A DNA stretch of 64,000 nucleotides from Eledone cirrhosa. Its lineage: Eukaryota. The DNA lies in the NCBI GenBank assembly GCA_964016885.1, contig CAXHJY010000443.1:62001-126000 (forward strand), given 5' to 3'. Made by a program: the position numbers and the translations under genes. Below the pieces are notes generated by a model. It had not been told where the DNA came from. It ran no database searches and worked only from the letters and a program-made list of their open reading frames with translations. Positions 1 to 17,042 of the stretch are shown in pieces (the stretch's first letter is position 1; each line of letters opens with the position of its first letter).

Positions 1-225
1 TATTACTTCATATATATTTGTTTTATTATTTCTGCAAATCTGTTTCTACAAACGACACACCTAGTGTCTTGATTCTCATAAATGTTGATTGATTGAAAAG
101 ATGCTAATTTTAGATATCAAAAGAAAACATGGGGAAAAGTAAAACCAAATATTGCTATTTCAATCACAAATCACACAGAAACATAGCGAACTCTACAACA
201 TTATCATCATCATCATCATCATTGT

Positions 226-410
226 TGAATAGGCAGTATCGGTAGAGCATCAGACACCATACTTTGCAGCACAGAGTTATGGCCCTTTACGTTCTGGTTC
301 AAATCCCGCCGAGGTTAACTTTGCTCTTCATCCTTACGGGATCGATAAAATAAAGCACCAGTAATGCACTGGGGAAATTGCTGACCTTGTGGCAAAAGTA
401 GAAACAATTA
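226..410 (+). mobile_element. tRNA-derived SINE with Nin/Deu-like central domain
   Basis: A-box-like ggcagtatcggtag, B-box ggttcaaatcc, central tcatccttacgggatcgataaaataaagcaccag. Confidence 0.8.
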
Positions 411-850
411 TCATCATCATCACTTAATGTCCATTTTCCTTACTAGCAAGAATTGGATAGGTCTTCACAGACTCAATACCCAAACAAGGCTACTGACCTC
501 TAGGATGAGCTAGGGGAGGCGGGGCTGCATCTCGTTTACATATGTTCTCGTTTTCTACTGAGTGTATTGTATCGTGACATTATCACTAGGAAGATGGATA
601 AGTCTTTGGCACAGCTGAAGAGTTTTCCCAATTGTATTGTTTCTACAATATTTATAAATTGAAAGAAAACAGAACAAAATTCGACATCTACTGGAAATTA
701 CTTGTGTAATGAATGCCGTACATGAATGGAAAAAATACTTGCTGTTTGAGTAGTTTAGAAAAGAATTTCAAGAAAAAACATGAAGACTCTGATCATCATT
801 GCAGAAGGTAGAATTGGTAAGGTGGAAGTTGGAGCAGCTTAGTATTGAGG

Positions 851-1365
851 CAAAGCGAAACCTACAGTCAGTAGGCACCTCTAACAAAATACACCCCCGT
901 CCCACAACCCCCACCCCATCCACACCACCCCCTTAAATGTGAAGTTATGTTGGTACCACAACATCCAGTCCGAAACAAATGAGGTTGTGTAGGTGTCATG
1001 ACAAAAAAAACACAGCCCACGCTGTAATCTGGCCATGTAGGTAATACGGTAAAAACCTCCCAGTCCACACTGTAAACGTGGTTGGTGTTGGGAAGGGCGC
1101 CCAACCGTAGAAAACCTGCCAGACTTGTAGGTGTCACGACAAAAAAACACACAGCCCACACTGTAATGTGGCCGTGTAGGTAACATAGTAAAAACCTCCC
1201 AGTCCACACTGTAAACGTGGTTGGTGTTAGGAAGGGCATCCAGCCGTAGAAAACCCGCCAGACAGTCCTATACGAGCAGGACAACAAATCTTGCCTCAAG
1301 TGGTAAAAAATCCCGTCCAAACCCATGCAAGCGTGGAAAATGGACGTTAAACGATCATGATGATG
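851..1365 (+). mobile_element. 3' UTR fragment of the same RTE family with an internal ~120 bp tandem duplication
   Basis: Homologous to 17652-18023. Segment gtaggtgtca...gtagaaaacc occurs twice. Confidence 0.8.
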
Positions 1366-1690
1366 TAGGAACTCCAACAAATTATACTCTTTTTAATTAT
1401 GGACAAAAAAAAATCTATTTCTCTTCTTTATATCAATCAGCAGTGAAACTTTTTTTGATATTCAGACTTCATTGGCTTTGTTCTTCTTTATTTCACCTCT
1501 TCTCAATTATCTGGCCATTTTTTTTTTACATAAATAATTCTTTAATAATTAGAAATATACAGAAGAAAAAAATCAATCACTATCAACAACAACACTAATA
1601 TTAATGTTATTAACAGTACTTTAATAATAATATTAACAACAACACAATGTTAATAATGATAGTAATAATAGGAACAACAACAACAACAAC

Positions 1691-1722
<32 letters not shown>

Positions 1723-1734
1723 AATAATAATAAT

Positions 1735-2697
1735 ATATTTGACCAGGCACATAGCCAATGTTAAGATAAGTGGGTAAAGTTGATTGAACCGATACTGGTA
1801 CTTATTTTATCAATGTCAGAGTCATGAAAGGCAAAACTGGCCACAGTGGGATTTCAGTAGAATTAGCCATGGTATATACTTAAAGAATCTAGTCCAGCAT
1901 TTTACTATCTCAGACATCTTCAATGTCTTTAATATGTTAATAATATTTAAAAACATTGGCACAAGGCCACAAATTTGATGGGGCAGGCTGTAGTCAATTA
2001 AACTGACCTCATATATTACCAACTCTGGATAGATGAAAGGTAAAAGTACAAGAATGTAATTAATTAACACTCAAAATTTAATTTGAAATTAATAATAATA
2101 ATAATGGTTTCTTATATAGGCACAAGGCCAGCAATTTGGGGGGAGGGGAAAGTCGATTAAATTGACCCCAGTGCATTACTGGTGCTTTATTTTGTCGACC
2201 CCATAAGGATGAAAGGCAAAGTTAACCTTGGCGAGATTTCAACTCAGATTATAAAGGGCCGTAACTCTCTGCTGCAAAGCATGGCGTCCGACCCTCTACT
2301 GATACTGCCAATCCACCGCCCGTATAATAATGATAATAATAACAATAATAACAATAATAATAGTAATAATAATAATTTTCTTTATGGGCATAAGATAAAA
2401 ATATTATAAGGAATTATATCTTATGCCGGCATCAAGATACAAAAGGATAGGGATAGGTATAGTGGATTTACTTAACCCCAGTACATATTTGCTACTTATT
2501 TTATCAACCCCAGATGGTGAAAGGCAAAGTTGACTCTGGTGGAATTTGAACTCAGAACATAGAGTTTCAACTAAATACCTAGAAGCATTTAATCCGTCAC
2601 TCTACTGTGTCTGCCAATACAACAATGATGATAATAATTAATAATATCAACAACAATAATAATAATAATAATAATAGTAATAATAATTGAGTATATG

Positions 2698-2753
<56 letters not shown>

Positions 2754-5700
2754 GTTGTATACACCAATAATAATAATAGAGTATATAATAGATACACATT
2801 GTAATACAGCTAACTCATATGAAGGTGAGGTAGATTATACAATGAATTACAAAACAGTTTTGACAAGTAAAATAATTTTTAAAAAATTCTATCTTAGTGA
2901 CTACCTACATGGATTTGAGATTTACAGCTAGAAACAAATGAGAATATGTGACATCCATGGCTTTTTCAAGTGCATTAGGAATATAAATAATGTGAAAAAG
3001 CTCCAGCCAGGAATAAAATCCTTGTAGCTGATGTGATTTGCCAAAGACTTACCAATACTTTATATGGTGCCTTCCACATAAATAACTGATATAGTTTCTG
3101 AAACAAATATATAAAGGTTCCAGATTTATAGAGCAGCAGAGGAAAGTAGAAGTTATCATATTCATATGTTTCACTTGGGCATTAGCAACATAAGTGAAGA
3201 TGTTACAAATGAGAATCAAAACTGAATTGCAGTTGCAGATTTGGCATAGAATAATAATTTCAAGTCAATAACAATAGTACATTATAAATAGGTACTTATT
3301 GAGCCCCAAAGATAAAAAAGCAAAGATGATTCTGGCAGGATTTAAACTCAGAATGTACTGGATAAAATTAAATGCTGTAGGGTATTTAATCCAACAGTTT
3401 ACTGTTGATGCCAACTTTACTGCCCTTTGTAATTTGAGGTTTGTGCCTCTTAGGAATAGCTGAAATAAGTCAATTTTTTTTAAGAGACACAAAGCCTCAA
3501 ATTTATGGAGGAGAAATGGAAAATTGTGATATTTATGTCTTTTAAAAGGACATTATTGATAAAGTGAAATAGACCAAAATAGAAATAAAAACTGGGTCAG
3601 TGATACATCTCATTTGAGTGCTTATCATTAAATCTAATAATTAATTTAATTTAGGCACATAGCAATTTGAACTCAGAAACAATGTGGCTCTGATCTAGAT
3701 ACAATATATGTATTTATGAACCCATAACTCCTGATAGAGTCATAGAGGCATTTTAAACCTGGCAGAGCCCATCCCTTTTCCAGGTTTGAACATAGCTGAT
3801 TTCTTTCCAAGAAGGAAATGGAGAGTGATACAGGGGAAGTGAGAAAGAAATATACAGGATATATCTAGCCCAGAACTGGACTGGTACATTTATTTGAACT
3901 CGAAAGAATGAAAGGCAAAGTTGACATCGATGGATTTTGAACTCAAGAGAGCAGAGAACCAGAATGAATACTGTAAAGCATTCTACCCGACTCTGCTAAT
4001 TCGCCACCCATTCAAGATATTTATATATATATATATATAAGCCATATTACTGACACTACTACCCTGAAGATAATATAATACATATAAGACCTAATTTAAG
4101 GAGTGGCTAAATTTAAAGTGTAATCTTCATCCCTTTTTCCAAAAGCATCATAGCATAAATGATGAGAACTAACCTCAACCAGAGATTTAAACTGTATTAC
4201 AGCCTGGTCTAGCTGGGATATGTCTTTGCTATCTTTATTATTATAATAATTGTTTCTACGTTTGGCACAAGGCCAGCAATTACCCAGTTCATTACTGGTA
4301 CTTTATTTTATCAACCCGGTAAGGATGAAAGGCAAAGTTAACCTCGACGGGATTTGAACTCAGACCGTAAAACGACGTAACTATGCTGGAAAGCATGGCG
4401 TCCGACCCTCTACCAATACTGCCAATAATTATTTCTAATTCAGGCACAAGGCCAACAATTTGTGGGGAGGGGAAAGTAGATGAAATTGACCCCAGTACGT
4501 GACTGGTTCTTAATTTTATCGACTCTGGAAGGATAAAAAGCAAAGTTGACCTTTACAAGATTTGAACAAAGGGCGATAACTAAATGCTGCAATGCATTTT
4601 GTGTAATGCTCAACCGATTTTGCCAATCCAATAGAAGTAGTAATAATAATATTAATGGTTTCATTTTTAACAGACCAATTGTTTGGAAAAGCTATATAGT
4701 CAATTGTATTAAACCCCTAATAATTCTTACTTCATCGAATCCAGCAAAATTTGAACATACATCACCTAGGTTCTGAATTTGTAGACCACATATTTTAGGC
4801 AACAATCTTAAAATACAGTGTTATCTTACACAAGCAAGAAACTAGAGATGTGGGAAATACAAATAAGTTGTGATATTCATGCCTTCCACAAAAAACATTA
4901 CATTCTTTTAGTTACTTTCTACTTGACCAATTATTCTAGAATAGGGAATAGACCCAGTATATTTCTGGTATTTGCTTTATTAATTCCAGTACGATTTCAA
5001 CTTATAATTAAGGAAGATAAAACTAAATGTTACAAGCATTTTGTTTCAATTCTCCTTATTTTTATAATAACAGTAATAATATTAATAACAATAATAATAA
5101 TAACAATAGTAATAGCAATAATAATAATAACAATAGTAACCAAGAATAAAAATTGTTTTGTTTGTGGTGGTAGTGGTGGTGGTGGTGAGGATGGAATAGA
5201 GGCTGAGATGATTTTATTTTTGTTCAGTTGCTGTAGTCACTGCTTTTGGAGATCAATGTGGCTTTGATTATTGGTTTTGTTTTGTTCTATAACTCATGCT
5301 AAACATTATGGTTTTTAGCATGCTATGGGTTAGGGTTTAGTTGTAGGTGGCCAAAGGGCTGGATTTACCATTAATCAAAATAAACATATGCTTAGAGCAT
5401 CAAAGGAAGATGTGTACCATTTTATTCAAATTAAATGTATTCGTCATTCAAAAAAAAAAAAAATCTGAAGAATTTATATTTGGAAGGCACCATAATCTTT
5501 TATGATTAAAACCTCAAAAGAAATTAATCCAGCTCTGGGTGGTCAAGTATCAATATAACAATTGTGATGAATAACAAGTGAATATGAATATAACTTGTGA
5601 CCAAAATTCTCACAGATTTTATCAGTATTAGCATGATTGGAAGAGAACTTAACTTTCATTAACATAATAAGCATTTGTATGTCAAGATCTAGGCTATACA

Positions 5701-8550
5701 TTTATAATGTAGAGGAATGAGATTGTGGGCGTAGGTCATATAAACTGGCTTTAAATGGAGAAGGAAGTTCTTGGACTAGGCTTACCATCAATGAAATATT
5801 ATTAATGACTTCTAACTTCAGCACAAAGCCACACACTTTAGTGGTAGTGGTGATTAGAAATAATCAATTTAATTTCCCTGAATGCTGGTAAAAATTATTA
5901 CCCAGGTTGAAACACAGCTAATATCTTCCAGAGAAAGACAGAGATAAGTGAAAGAGAGAGATAGAAGAAGAATGAACACCAGTACATGACCTTGAAAGGA
6001 TGAAAGACAAAGTTGACCTCTGTGGGATTTGAACTGCAGCATTTTTAATCTAACACCCTAACAACTCTGCCAATCTGTCACCTTAGAATGTTAACAGGGC
6101 TTTTGGCACAAGGCCAGCAATTATCCCAGTGCATTACTGGTACTTTATTTTATCAACCCCGAAAGGATGATAGGCAAAGTTAACCTCAGCGGGATTCAAA
6201 CTCAGACCATAACTCTATGCTGCTAAACATGACGCCCAACCCTCTACCAATAATGCAAGGAATTTAATCTGATGATCTGCCACTGCTGTCCACTGCTTTA
6301 ATGATGGTGTTAAAGGTTTCTAACAAGGCCAGCAATATTGGGGGATGAAAGACAAAGTTAACTTTGAAATCAAAAAGTAATGAGCCAAACCTAATACTGC
6401 TAAGCATTTGTCTGATACTTTAACAAATCTGCCAACTCATTACCTTCTTTAATGATAATAATAATAATGGTTTCTGATTTAGGCACAAGACCAGCAATTT
6501 TGGGCGAGGGGAAAGTCGATTAAATTGACCCCAGTATGTTACTGATGCTTTATTTTACTGACTCTGTAAGGATGAGAGGCAAAGTTAACCTCGGCGAGAT
6601 TTGAACTCTGAACGTAAAGGGCCATAACTATGCTGAAAAACATGGTGTCTGACACTCTACCAACACTGCCAACACACTAATAATAACTGTTTCTTATATA
6701 GGCACAAGACCAGCAATTTTGGGTGAGAGGAAAGTCGATTAAATTGACCCCAGTATGTTACTGGTACTTTATTTTATCGACCCCGTAAGGATGAAAGGCA
6801 AAGTTAACCTCGGTGGGATTTGAACTCAGACCATAAAGGGCCGTAACTCTATGCGTCAAAGCATGGCGTCCGACCCTCTACCGATACTGCCAATCCACCG
6901 CCCTCAACACACTAATAATAATAATGGTTTTTGATTTAGGCACAAGGCCAGCAAGGGGAACATTGATTAAATCGACCCCAGTACATTACTAGTGCTTTAT
7001 TTTATCAACCCCGTAAGAATGAACGGCAAAGCTAACCTCGGCGGGATTTGAAATCAGAACGTAAAGGGCCGCAACTCTATACCACTAAGCATATTGTCCG
7101 ACGCTCTACTGATACTGCCAATCCACCACCCTAATGATAATTGTTTATACTTTTGGCACAAGGCCAGCAATTAACCAGTGCATTACTGGTACTTTATTTT
7201 ATCGACACCCGTAAGGATGAAAGGCAAAGTTAACCTTGGCAGGATTTGAACTCAGAATGGCAAGGACCGTACCCTAATGATAATGATAATAATTTTAGAA
7301 TTAAACCAAAAATTTTGAGAGAGGGAGAGAGTGGGTATAGCCTAATGAATTGGCCCCCAGTAGTTGATTCATACTTATTTTATTGAGTTAATCCCTGTGG
7401 AATTTTATTTCAGAATATAATGGAATGTAACTAAATACTACACAGACTGGCACTCTACTGTTTCTAATGACAATGATGATGATGATAATAATAATAATGT
7501 TTGTGCCCTCGTTGCATCAATTGTATGACAATTGATTGTAAAATGTCTGTAATATCAAATATTGCTTTAGGTGTCAGCATGATTTGGGAAAGAAGCAGAA
7601 TTCAAAGTAAGCTCCAAATAATAATAATAAAAACAACAACAACAATAACAATAACAACAACAACAATAATAACAAGAATGATAATCATAATAATAATAAT
7701 TGTTTCTACTTTTGGCACAAGGCCAGCAATTACCCAGTACATTACTGGTACTTTATTTTATTGACCCCGTAAGGATGAAAGGCAAAGTTAACCTCGGTGG
7801 GATTTGAACTCAGACTGTAAAGGGACGTAACTATGCTAGAAAGCATGGCGTCCAACCCTCTACCAATACTGCCAATATGCCTTAGATTAACCATTATGCA
7901 GAATAAGCATATACTTAAGGTCTCAATTAAGGAAGGTCCCCATAGAGTATTTTTCCAGTATATTATTGGAGTTCGTTCCATATGCAGTATATAGAGGTAC
8001 CATAATCTTTTCAGAGCTTTGGGCCCTTAAATCTTTATCTGGTCTTAGGCATAATTAATTTAATCAATCTCAGCATTTAGCAGGTACTTACATTATTAAC
8101 TCTAGAAAGATGTAAAGCACTATCTGATACTCTAAGGATTTATGTCATCAACTGCTATAATAATTGTGTCTACTTTTGGCACAAGGCCAGCAATTACCCA
8201 GTGCATTACTGGTACTTTATTTTATCGACCCCGTAAGGATGAAAGGCAAAGTTAACCTCGGTGGGATTTGAACTCAGAATGCCAAGGACCGTAACTCTAT
8301 GCGTCAAAGCATGGTGTCCGACCCTCTACTGACTCTGCCTATCCAGATTTTTAATTTAGGCACAAAGCCAACAATTTGTTGGGAGGAGAACGTTGATTAC
8401 ATTGATCCTAGTACATGACTGGTACTTTAATTATTGATCCTGGAAGGATGAAAGAAAGTTGTCTTCAGCGAGATTTGAACTCAGAACATTAAGAGCGAGA
8501 ATAAATATTGCTAAGCATTTGTCTAATGTTCTAACGAGTTTGCCAACTGA
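1735..8550 (-). mobile_element. Cluster of about 20 co-oriented Nin/Deu-type tRNA SINE copies (e.g. 2106-2321, 4250-4424, 4431-4630, 6469-6672, 6688-6903, 6926-7131, 7141-7273, 7700-7875, 8164-8345, 8348-8548)
   Basis: Recurrent ggcacaaggccagcaatt...gatgaaaggcaaagttaacctcggcgggatttgaactcag...gatactgccaatccaccgccc. On the minus strand this gives A/B boxes, GCCTTTCATCCTT.CGGGGTCGATAAAAT.AGTACCAG and an (ATT)n tail. Confidence 0.88.
5355..5537. mobile_element. hAT-like MITE (decayed relative ~7880-8045)
   Basis: Termini agggctggatt / aatccagctct; internal ..accataatctttt shared with the second copy. Confidence 0.5.
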
Positions 8551-9039
8551 ATTGAGATGACTCAGTGTGGGCTCAGAGATGTCCCAAATGTTAAGGTGTA
8601 AGTGTATGAAAGGAGTAAAGAGATTAATTCTAAAGAAAATCATGTATAGTCATGTAGCTATAAGCATTTGCATACATTATTGCTAAAACTTACTATGTTA
8701 CTGTGATGAAACAAGCACTAGTTATATATATATATATATACAACACACATATATCTGTATATATACACATACACACAAACACATACATTAGTATATTGTG
8801 GACCATATAGAAACGTACAAGCTACCAATGTCATGTATAATGCAAGGCTAAGATTAATAAAGTATGTTGAATATTGGAGGGAGTCATTACAACACTTTCA
8901 TAAAGATTTATACTTCTCAATGATACAGGCAAGACCCAAATATTTTCATACCCTCTTGTAAGAAAAAGGTATTTTTATATTTCTGGAATAAATTCCTAGC
9001 ATTGAAGTAGAAATTTTAAACCCAGGTTTGGTATATTAA

Positions 9040-9264
9040 CCCTTTAGCATTTACATTACTCTATATTTAATATTTACTATTGTATTTTCATGATAAATAC
9101 TTTATTTCACATAATCCCACATAATATCGAATCTATGAGTTTTTGATATTATTTATTTTGAGAACAATACCTTAACATAAGTATGAGTAGCCAGTTATGG
9201 CCGGTTTGAACAGAAAGAGGTGAGAGAATTCTGGCTAGATATGGCCAGTTTAAATGATAAAGGG
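9040..9264. mobile_element. piggyBac-like MITE (copies at 35443-35662 and ~47617-47837)
   Basis: TTAA flanks, TIR ccctttagcattta/taaatg.taaaggg, three homologous ~220 bp copies. Confidence 0.8.
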
Positions 9265-10017
9265 TTAAATGTGGATGTGACATATGTTTTCATTTTTTAC
9301 TGATCAAATAAAATAAATATTGAGAGTGCTAAAACAATGATGAGGATGATGATGCATGAAATCCTAATAGTAAATTGGTTGCCAGAGTAATTGATTTTGA
9401 AAGCCCAAAAAGTTTGATTAATTATAATTACACCTTTACTGGCAATCACTAATTCTTGTCAAAATAGGTAATTAAGATAATCCCTAAAGTTTAATTGATT
9501 AAAATTAAATATGGAATGTGGTGGAAAGTGAGTCCGATCTTTAGCAGTAGAGAGACAACTCTTGGTATGTTTTCGCCTTATTAAACCTCCTCAGCAAATC
9601 ATGGTCTAATCATTACTGCAGGTTTTATATGAAAGGAGATAAGTATAGGATTTTTGCGAATGAACACAAAGTGGTGTTATAACAAAGGAATGAGTAGGGA
9701 AAATTGTTAATGACACCTAGATAGGTCAGGCTGTGTATATAATACTGAGTGTAACCCAAGTTGCAGCTGCACAATAGCAGATGAACAATCGAATTATCAG
9801 AGGCTGTCACAAAGCACTCAATGAGTGAGTAATTGATAAATTTCTACTCAGAGAGAACACAAAAAGTTAAGGAATAGTGACATCATGAATAAAGTGACCA
9901 GAGGTATGTTACCACAGTAATACAACAACATCGATATATACAAACACCAGGTAAAAAAACTAACCTGGACCATCTCAATTAAATATGAATCTATAAAAAC
10001 GATAAAAATCTTCGATA

Positions 10018-10056
<39 letters not shown>

Positions 10057-11548
10057 AAAGACACAAACATTTAACCCCATTATTGGTAATATGATAAAAG
10101 TCAGTTAATAATGATAAGTACATATTCTTAATTTTGGTGGCATTGAAGCTGCATCTTCACACACACACACATATGTATGTGTGTATGTATATGATACATT
10201 TTTATGCATGCAAAATATGACAGAACTGCTTGTCTGTTCATCTGTCTGTATCTATGTATGTAATCCACAAAGAATTTATTCTTCAAGGAGACCATAATTC
10301 AAAGAAGGGACTCAATACAATATGATGTTGAGTATATATTAATTTATTATGTAATATCTGCCTTACATTTAAATATAGTGTTTCAATACATAGGTATTTT
10401 TTTAAAGGTGATGTATAGTTGTTGATAGCAATATATATATACTTATTTTAAGAGGGTTGTGGGAAGGAAACAGAAAAGAAAATAGAAAAGAAAAACATTA
10501 TTAATGAGAGAGGAGACGAGGAAGTATAACAAGATTTAAATATAAAGAAATAAATTAAGAGTTAAATATATGAGCTGTTTTGAACAAAATATCTTTTTAA
10601 AAACCTGCTTAGTTTACTATGATGTTATTAAGTTTATAAAGAAAAAAGGAGTGAATGAATTATATCAAAATAATAAAAAATATATAAATTGAAAGAGCTA
10701 GGAATATTACCTAATGGAAAAGATACAATTAAATAAAGAACTCTATTAACTATTTCAATACCACCCCACTGAAAACTGTCTCTGGAACAAAAGCATCCAT
10801 TTAAAGGGTTCATATTTAAATTAAAACCTCCCAATATAATTTTATATAAAAACCTTCTTTGTTATGTTACAAATACCATCTTAATTGAAATAATTTTAGC
10901 AAATTTCTCCAAATTCTTCACCGATTATTTCAAATATAGTGTATTTTACAAATATTATAACAAAAGGGTTAATACTAATGTAAAACAAGAAGATTGTTGA
11001 GCTAGTGATTGAAGATGGAAAATCAAGAAATATATATACATACATATTAGAATGTGTGTTGAAAATACCACAGTATTTAACATATTCAAACCCTTTTAAT
11101 AACAAACTGCCTGAAACCATCTCTGGTTTTAAAATATTTGTGTTTATCTAAAAACATTCCATCATAATTTTATGTAAGAACTTTTGTTAAGTTATGTTCC
11201 GAACAGCAATTGATAATTAAAGAGATTTATTACTAAATCCCTCCAGATTCTTGATTATCTTCAATAAGCAGTCTTTCATTAGAAATATAACAATGAAAAG
11301 ATTAACTGATTGAATACTCAGTGCTGGTGGGTAGAGAGTAGAAATTTATTTTCTGTTATTATATTAAAGGATATAAAGTATATATTCTAGTTGAGAAATT
11401 TGTTATAAAAGACTTAAGAGATTGATTTGTTGTGTATAGGAGAAAGATCTTAAAGGCAGTGTAATATGGAAAAGTTGGTTCTGTAATGTTTTAACTACAG
11501 TATATTAATAAGATCTTAATTCGAGTATATTAATAAGACCTTAACTTG

Positions 11549-11824
11549 GGGTAAAGACCCCTTTTGATCAGGAATGACCACAGGATTTGCACCTAGAAAA
11601 TTCTCCTTTGAGGCACAAGACCAATGTTGTCCATGGGAAAGGCAATGGCCAATACAGCTTGGCACCAGTAACTTCGCAACTGATTTCTACAGCTGAGTAA
11701 ACTGGAGCAACGTGAAATAAAGTGTCTTGCTCAAGGATACAACACATCACCCAGTCCTGGAATCAAACTCACAACCTAACAATGGTAAGCCCAATATTCC
11801 AACCACTAAGCCATGTGCCTTCAC
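11549..11824 (-). mobile_element. CORE-type SINE, alternative-tail subfamily (same tail at ~24640-24968; further head/CORE copies ~30330-30625, ~37460-37665)
   Basis: Same tRNA head and CORE segment. The tail gaccacaggatttgcacctagaaaa is shared with 24670-24700. Confidence 0.75.
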
Positions 11825-12221
11825 AATCTTAACTTGAGTATATTAATAGGATCTGAAAGGCAGTGTAAAATGGAAAAGTTGGTTCTGTAATGTTAACTTG
11901 AGTATATAATTGCACAAAAAGAGAAAACATATTTCAAATATGAAGTTATGAATTAAGTTGAAGAGTTGAAAAAGAAAAATACCTTAAGAATAAGAAGTAA
12001 ATATGTACATATACATATATATATATACATACATATATATTATACTTATCTCGGTTTATAGGAAATTGAGTGTTACTGATGCTGTTTAAACATCCATATA
12101 GACACACACACACACATGTATATATATATATATATATGATGATGATATATATATATACACACACACGTACACATACAGTTATTACTACCATATATATATA
12201 TATATGTGTGTGTGTGTGTAT

Positions 12222-12370
12222 CCAGGGTTCAATCGGGAGTAACCACAATAAGAGGTCAATATGTAGCAGAGTATAAATTTTTAATATAGAAATGGCTTCT
12301 ACAGGGGCTTTCCTGATGATTTCCTTCGAATTAAACAGTTCTAGTCCTGTAGAAGCCATTTCTATATTAA
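12222..12370 (+). mobile_element. Short hairpin-ended repeat with hammerhead-like core (family also at 17311-17478 and 28925-29112)
   Basis: 25 bp inverted repeat ttaatatagaaatggcttctacagg/cctgtagaagccatttctatattaa enclosing CTGATGA-tttccttcgaat-TAAAC. The upstream segment is shared with the other two copies. Confidence 0.55.
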
Positions 12371-12509
12371 TATATATATATATATATATATGGTAGTAGT
12401 AATTGGATGAAAAGAGTACTAAGTGAATAAGAATTGGTGATTTGACTAACAATATAGTACTTTAATCTTTGTGAAAGGACAAACTAATGGTGCTGTTTCA
12501 GAAACACTG

Positions 12510-12556
<47 letters not shown>

Positions 12557-12786
12557 TATAAATATATATATTACACTAACTATGGTGCCATTTAGGTACA
12601 ATTGTTTCTCTAGCTGTCTGTTTCAGATTTTACACTGAGACAAGTCTCCGATCTTCAGCTTATATTCACTCCATTTTGTAATGTTTGTGTTCTTTCCTTT
12701 CAAACATGAAAGAGGTCTCTCCAGACTGAGTGCTCTCTCAAACTTGGAATATCTTTTTACCAGTATTCTTTAGCAAATAACACCTT

Positions 12787-12821
<35 letters not shown>

Positions 12822-14104
12822 TGGATAGGCATATGGAAGTGGAAGATATATGTGTGTAATTATATATATATATATAGGTAGTAGGTAGCTAGAAGACTTG
12901 GAAGTGTTATTGAAAATGTCAAGGAGTGAAGTAGCATAATGATGATATTATACGTATCTATACAAATATAAGTAATTACAAAAGTACTGAATAGTAGTGT
13001 GATAATGAATCAAACATTTGATACTGATCTGCCTGATACAGCCCCTGGTATCTATGATACAAACTGTTTGTTTTAAAATGTATGTATGTATTTAAAAACC
13101 TTCCATCATAATTTTATGTAAGAACCTTTAAGATATGCTCTAAACGACAGCTAGTTATATCACTAAATCCCTCAAAATTCTTGATTATTTTCAAAATTAA
13201 TGGAAACACATAGGCAGTATATTTTATTAAAAATATGGTTAGGAAAGTGTTAAGGATTAGGTAAAGTAATTTTGTGAGAAGACTAGAAAAACTAGTAAAG
13301 TATAGTGTAAGGTGAAGTGGTGGAGAATATTAAGAAGGCAGAGAGACAGAAAAAAAGTACATTAATCTGTTTATCTAATTATAATAGTTAGTATATATTT
13401 AAATATGAAAGGCAAGTAAGAATACCAGAAAATAGTAGTGTAAAGATGGAGAAGTGGAGGTAGAACAAGCACACATGGGCACTTAATCTAATTATGATAG
13501 GTAGTTAACTATAGTTTATATGACTGATATACAAATTATTTCACTTCAGTAAATATATATATATATATATACATATATAGATATTATTATAGCTTAAAGC
13601 ATATACTGATTCAATAGCAAGTGAGAAATTGTGTTTGATTTAATTTTACTCAAGTTTGTCTCTTCATAGGCAGAGTATAATTTGATTGACAGATGGGAGG
13701 GTGTGTACATAGGAAAAGTAGATAAAAAATATGTGATGAAACTGAAGAACTATCCTTATATATATATAAATATATATATCCTTTTGCCGGTTTCGGTAAT
13801 TAGACTGCAGCCGTGTTGGTATCTATTTTATTCAACTCAATTTGTCAATGATCTAAATTTAAGGATATAAACAAACAGGAAACAAACACACATATGATGG
13901 GTTTCTGCACAGCTTCTGTTTACTAATTTCACTCAGAAGGCTACAGAAGACTATATTAAGAGACTTCTTCGCCAAGATGCTACACAATAGAAACAAATTT
14001 GAAACCTTGCAAGTAGACGGCCATGCCTGCTTGTACAAACACACACATACATATTCTTTTTCTTCTGTTAATAATAGCTTCAGTCATAAGAGTACATATA
14101 ATTA

Positions 14105-14186
<82 letters not shown>

Positions 14187-14206
14187 CACACACATATATG
14201 TGTGTA

Positions 14207-14437
14207 GCAATCTTCTGGTTCATATTCAGTGGTGACAGTCAAGTTTGCAATTTTCAGCTGTGAAAATTGCAAACTTGACTGTCACCACTGAATATGAACC
14301 TGAAGACCGCGAAAGCATGAAAGTACTTGATCAATTAACATTTAATGTTCTACCATACTATTTCATTATAAAATCATTATAATTTTAAAGGATTGTAAAT
14401 AAAACGAGTAAATCAGACAAAGTTGGAATTCCTTTTA

Positions 14438-14442
<5 letters not shown>
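14207..14442 (+). mobile_element. Hammerhead-bearing non-autonomous Penelope-like element with inverted 5' duplication
   Basis: 14207-14310 is a foldback centred near ttttcagctgtgaaaa. The unit is shared with 20861-21120 and is flanked by (TA)n. Confidence 0.65.
14295..14333 (+). ncRNA. Minimal type I hammerhead ribozyme (slightly degenerate)
   Basis: tgaac-CTGAAGA-ccgcgaaagcat-GAAA-gtac-TT-gatca. Palindromic stem III AGTACT, one mismatch in stem I, weakened stem II. Confidence 0.65.
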
Positions 14443-16925
<2,483 letters not shown>

Positions 16926-17042
16926 GATTTACATATACACAAACTAGACAAAGTCATAGATATATAGATATATGTTTTTGGCAACCATTCACGATGTGGC
17001 TCAATAACGAATTAATTAATTAAATAATCAACAATCAGAGCA

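Noticed and set aside
650-830. Coding-like purine-rich stretch with possible splice sites on the + strand
   Set aside because: No consistent frame or recognisable homology.
3053-3097. Possible 45 nt minus-strand exon (ttgtttcag / KLYQLFMWKAPYKVL / gtaagt)
   Set aside because: Splice signals are good, but I found no partner exons or recognisable homology, and part of it resembles the MITE interior at about 5472-5492. Needs RNA-seq.
9560-9600. Minus-strand CTGAGGA-ggtttaataaggc-GAAA motif
   Set aside because: Stems I and III are poorly formed. At best a decayed hammerhead, so not called as a feature.
12615-12665. Minus-strand CTGAAGA...GAAAC motif
   Set aside because: No convincing stem I or NUH cleavage site.
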